From assembly GCA_913020725.1 (NCBI GenBank), contig CAJWCD010000008.1, positions 1-49,425 on the forward strand: a stretch of DNA of 49,425 bases. Direction: 5' to 3'. Position 1 is the first letter of the stretch, and the number at the start of each line of letters is the position of its first letter. Origin of the DNA: an uncultured Pseudomonadota bacterium. GTDB taxonomy: Bacteria; SAR324; NAC60-12. A program made the position numbers and the translations under genes. Of this stretch, positions 45,843 through 49,425 are shown in pieces. The notes beneath the pieces were generated by a model. That model had not been told where the DNA came from and searched no databases. It worked only from the letters and a program-made list of their open reading frames with translations.

Positions 45843-47078
45843 TCACGCCCCGCGAAGCTGCCGACCGTGCTGGACGCGGGAAAGCTGGCGGACGAGGGTG
45901 CGCAAGCTGGCGACATTGTGGGCGGAGACCAGCAGATCAAGATGCGGTAGCGCAGCTTGCATTCCCCGGGTGGTTGGTTCGTAGCCGGGATTGCCCATCA
46001 GCGGGTTGAGCCAGAGCACGCTACGGGCGTGTTGCTTGAGGAAATGCATGCTTTCATCGAGTGCTTCGATGTCCCCCGTGTCCCAGCCGTCGCTGATGAC
46101 CAGCACCACCGTACCATGATCCACCAACGACAACCCATAGTGCTTTACGAAGGTCTGCAGTGATTCCCCAATCTTGGTGCCTCCGGACCAGTCCGGAACC
46201 GTAGCGGTGAGCCGATCCAGCGCTTCTTCCAGTTCTTCAGTTTGCAGCGTTTCGGTGACGCGACACAGCGAGGTGCTAAAAACGAAAGTTTCGATGCGAC
46301 GATAGACGCTCTGGAAAGCGTAGATGAACTGGATGAGGAAACGGCTGTAGAGGTCCATGGACTTGCTGACATCGCAGAGCAACACGAGTTTGAGCCGTTG
46401 CCGTTTGCGCTGTCGATGCGCAAGCTCAAGGATTTCCCCGCCTCGACGCAGAGAGTCACGCATGGTGCGCCGCAAATCCAGCGGGCCGCGCCGTCGCGAG
46501 CGCATGGTACGGCGGCTGAAACGCACGGCGAGCGCCTTGCCAATCTCGTGAATGAGCCGGGCGACCTCGTCCAAATCCTGCTCCTGGAAGCTGCTGAAAT
46601 CGCGTTCGGTCAAGACTTCGTAGGGGCTGTAGCCCGCTGCGTCCTGCTCGTCAGTGGCTTCCGAATCCGTGTCTTTCAACCAATCGCTGATGCTCACGAA
46701 CTGCTGCTGTTTTGGGCGGTCGTCAATGATCACCGTGTCCGGTTGACTTTCCTCTTCCCCGCGATTACTCAGCGATTCAGCATGGTCCCAAACATACCAG
46801 AAATGCCGAAAATGTTCGTCGAAAAGTTCTTGCTCCTTTTGGCTCTTAGCAAGGGTGATCCGCAGAGCCCAGAAAAAACTATCTTCGTCCGAGAGATCAA
46901 TCTGCTCCAGCCCACGCAGTGCGTCCATCTGCTCCATCACACTGACCCCGGAGCCGTGCTTGCGCAGGTGGCGGCAAAAACCCACGACATTTGCACTGAA
47001 TTCACGACGCAGCGCAAGGTCAGCAAACAGCCCTTCCGGAGGCGTTAGAGGGGAGGGTTCACGGGGTGAATCAGGCAT
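45843..47078 (-). CDS. CoxE-like VWA domain protein
   Basis: LDLRRTMR, CDVSKSM, WSGGTKIG, ISDGWD and WLNPL. Confidence 0.9.
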   Translation of the reverse strand: MPDSPREPSPLTPPEGLFADLALRREFSANVVGFCRHLRKHGSGVSVMEQMDALRGLEQIDLSDEDSFFWALRITLAKSQKEQELFDEHFRHFWYVWDHAESLSNRGEEESQPDTVIIDDRPKQQQFVSISDWLKDTDSEATDEQDAAGYSPYEVLTERDFSSFQEQDLDEVARLIHEIGKALAVRFSRRTMRSRRRGPLDLRRTMRDSLRRGGEILELAHRQRKRQRLKLVLLCDVSKSMDLYSRFLIQFIYAFQSVYRRIETFVFSTSLCRVTETLQTEELEEALDRLTATVPDWSGGTKIGESLQTFVKHYGLSLVDHGTVVLVISDGWDTGDIEALDESMHFLKQHARSVLWLNPLMGNPGYEPTTRGMQAALPHLDLLVSAHNVASLRTLVRQLSRVQHGRQLRGA

Positions 47079-47110
47079 GAGTGTTGCGGAACTTGTTCAA
47101 GAACGTTCAA

Positions 47111-47482
47111 TCAATCCAAAACTTGCGTGGCAAAATCGGCGGGGAGGGTGATTTCCAGCATTTCCAAATCGGAGGAATGTTCGATTTCGGCGTGATGAAT
47201 GCCCGGAGGTTGGTGGACGCAATCCCCGGTTTCGAGTCGGAAGCCCCCCTCGCCCTCATACTTGAAGACCACCCACCCCTTGAGGATATAGACCATCTGG
47301 AATTCGAGATCATGCCAGTGCGTTCCGGAGCCTTCCTGCTCGTTGCCCGGCAGTGCCCGGATGACATGCGCCCGCACCTTTCCGGAAGTCGCCTCAGCGA
47401 TGCCGAGATCGCGGTACTCGAAGAAACCGCGCAAGCCCCCGTCAAATGCAGTGTCGGCTTGGCGTGTGACCGTGAATTTCAT
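47111..47482 (-). CDS. Cupin domain protein
   Basis: YRDLG, HWHDLEFQ..YILKG and QPPGIHH. Confidence 0.88.
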   Translation of the reverse strand: MKFTVTRQADTAFDGGLRGFFEYRDLGIAEATSGKVRAHVIRALPGNEQEGSGTHWHDLEFQMVYILKGWVVFKYEGEGGFRLETGDCVHQPPGIHHAEIEHSSDLEMLEITLPADFATQVLD

Positions 47483-48883
47483 GAGAATGTCCTATGATTA
47501 GTTGAAATTTGAAACATGACCTCCTCTCCGGTATGTTGAAGCAGTTTTTCCGACATACCTCAATCCACCATCAAGGAGGTCTGATGAAGACAGTGAAAGA
47601 GAAGCGATCAAAAAGCAATGTGAAAGACCGAGTGGCCGCTTACACGGAGTTGGTCGGGGGCGACTGCGGGTTTGACAGCCGCTTGCTGCTGATTCAACAA
47701 TTGATTCCCATCGGGTTGATGGCTGTTGAAGAGGCGCTGCAAGAAGAAGTCAGCCGCATGGTCGGGGAACGCCACAGCCGGGAAGGGTCTCTGAACCGCT
47801 GGGGATCGAATCCGGGATCGGTGTTTCTGGGCAATCAAAAACTTTCCGTTCAGGTGCCTCGTGTCCGGGATACCGAGAGGAATCAGGAAATGGAACTGGC
47901 AAGTTACCGACAACTCCAATCGCCCAAAATCGTGGATGAGCGTGTGTTTGCCCAAGTCCTCAACGGGATCAGCACCAGAAAATATGAAATTGCCGTCGGG
48001 AAGGTCCCTGAGACCTTCGGGATCAGCAAGAGCAGTGTCTCACGCAAATTCATCGAAGCGTCCGCCCGGAAGCTCAAGGAACTGAGCAACCGCGACCTCG
48101 GCGGTGACGACATCGTTGCCGTTTTCATGGACGGCAAGAGCTTTGCCGAGAATGAGATGATCATTGCGCTGGGAGTCACGATGGAGGGGCGGAAGACGGT
48201 CTTGGGCATGGTGGAATCCCATACTGAGAATCACCGGGTTTGCAGGGAGTTTCTCCAGGGACTCAAGGATCGCGGACTGAGGGATGAACACAAACTCCTG
48301 TTCATCATCGACGGCGCCAAGGGGCTGCGCAAAGGGATTCAGGAGGTGTTTGGCAAGCAAGCCCTGATCCAAAGATGCCAGTGGCACAAGCGGGAAAACG
48401 TGACTGCCTATCTGCCCAAGTCTCAGCAGGGAAAATTTCGCAAAAAACTCCAAAAAGCCTATCAGCAGGACAGCTATAAATCGGCAAAGAAGACGCTCAT
48501 GGCCATCCGCAAGGAACTGAGTCTGCTCAACCAGTCTGCCGTCAACAGCCTCGATGAGGGTCTTGAGGAAACCCTCACGCTCCATCGGCTGAGGGTTTTT
48601 GATCACTTGGGAGTGAGTCTGAAAACAACCAATGCCATTGAATCGATCAACAGCCGCTTGGAGCACTATACGCATCGGGTCACCTGTTGGAAAAACTCCA
48701 GTCAGAGACAGCGATGGGTGGCAACAGCCTTGCTGGAAATTGAACCGAGCTTGAGAAAAATCAAGGGATACAAACATCTCCAAAAATTGCGCTCGGCTAT
48801 GAATGCCTGCGATCAACAACAAATGTTGGCCAATGCGGCCTAGAGGGGCATGTGAGAATTTCAACTAGAAAAGGGATTGACTC
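47483..48883 (+). mobile_element. IS256 family insertion sequence (1401 bp)
   Basis: IRL GAGAATGTCCTATGATTAGTTGAAATT and IRR (reverse complement) GAGTCAATCCCTTTTCTAGTTGAAATT are in register; encloses the transposase; no TSD seen. Confidence 0.88.
47584..48843 (+). CDS. IS256 (mutator-type) transposase
   Basis: AAGGAGGT RBS; VPRVR, GISTR, FMDG, IIDGAKGL, QRCQWH and TTNAIESIN. Confidence 0.95.
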   Translation: MKTVKEKRSKSNVKDRVAAYTELVGGDCGFDSRLLLIQQLIPIGLMAVEEALQEEVSRMVGERHSREGSLNRWGSNPGSVFLGNQKLSVQVPRVRDTERNQEMELASYRQLQSPKIVDERVFAQVLNGISTRKYEIAVGKVPETFGISKSSVSRKFIEASARKLKELSNRDLGGDDIVAVFMDGKSFAENEMIIALGVTMEGRKTVLGMVESHTENHRVCREFLQGLKDRGLRDEHKLLFIIDGAKGLRKGIQEVFGKQALIQRCQWHKRENVTAYLPKSQQGKFRKKLQKAYQQDSYKSAKKTLMAIRKELSLLNQSAVNSLDEGLEETLTLHRLRVFDHLGVSLKTTNAIESINSRLEHYTHRVTCWKNSSQRQRWVATALLEIEPSLRKIKGYKHLQKLRSAMNACDQQQMLANAA

Positions 48884-48896
48884 GGGATTTTGCATG

Positions 48897-49425
48897 TTAA
48901 ACGAAAGATTCGCTGCAAATAATTCGCGGCAGATCTTCGCTGTCGCGCTCGACCCGGTGGCGAAGCTGGAAGTCGTGTTCACTCATCCCGTGGTCGTGGT
49001 AGAGATCTGAGAGCATCCGCACGAGGTTCTTGCCGGTGATGCCGTTGCGACGGATGATGTTGAGCTGCTTCTTGATTGCAGCTGTGAGTGGCTGCTTGAA
49101 GGATTCCTCGAGGAGCGCGATCTGGCTCCGCAGGTCAGCGAATTCCTCCCCATCCAGAGCCGAGTAGGCGGCGCGCAGCTCGCGAAGGACGTAGGTCTGG
49201 CCCACCGTCAGCGACATGCTGAACTTCTGCTGGGCGGTCCGGTGGCGCACTTCGTCGGAAAAGCGCTTTAGGACGTTCATGATTTTCTGATTGTGCCCCT
49301 GAGACAGGGCTGCTGCGGGCTCGGTCTTCGAACACTTGATGCGGCCCAAAACTTTGGGGACATCACGGGAAACGACCTCTTCGTTCTCGTCCAAGGAAAA
49401 GAGCTGCTGATACTTTCCGGATTGG
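48897..49425 (-). CDS. C-terminus of a large protein, probably an SNF2-type helicase (partial)
   Basis: Open to the window edge; ends LPRIICSESFV, which recalls PLD/SNF2 helicase tails. No helicase motifs are visible inside the window. Confidence 0.4.
   Translation of the reverse strand, partial: QSGKYQQLFSLDENEEVVSRDVPKVLGRIKCSKTEPAAALSQGHNQKIMNVLKRFSDEVRHRTAQQKFSMSLTVGQTYVLRELRAAYSALDGEEFADLRSQIALLEESFKQPLTAAIKKQLNIIRRNGITGKNLVRMLSDLYHDHGMSEHDFQLRHRVERDSEDLPRIICSESFV

Noticed and set aside
1..49425. tRNA, rRNA or riboswitch genes
   Set aside because: None recognised by eye; tRNAscan-SE and Infernal would be needed to exclude them.

Overview
Bacterial chromosomal window, mostly GC-rich and gene-dense. 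Gene content resembles a marine deltaproteobacterium-like organism such as SAR324 (inference only). An AT-richer first ~3.4 kb holds a HAD pseudogene, a PiT phosphate transporter with DUF47, and a beta-barrel remnant. Housekeeping and catabolic genes follow: amidohydrolase + COG0523 GTPase, rpsD-alaS-lolC/E, oxidoreductases, ispD-gspD-scpA, recD-ankyrin-trpB-trpA, 5-oxoprolinase-GFA-DUF1445, dut, a CoxE-type VWA protein and a cupin. There are also two inactivated toxin-antitoxin pairs, an IS256 element and the 3' end of a probable helicase. The standout is a four-gene operon (28438-34109) behind a sigma54-type promoter motif. It encodes an outer-membrane lipoprotein, two exported TPR proteins with FliF-like ring-building motifs, and a natural FliF-like/TM/full FliG fusion whose torque-helix charges and EHPQ motif are degenerate. 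No other flagellar genes are in the window, so this is a candidate non-flagellar envelope ring machine. Other notable signals: a secretin with six N-domain repeats, HIP1-like over-representation of TCCGGA, and a 26-bp element 3 nt upstream of both the lolE and trpB start codons. All family calls come from manual motif recognition; no searches were run.
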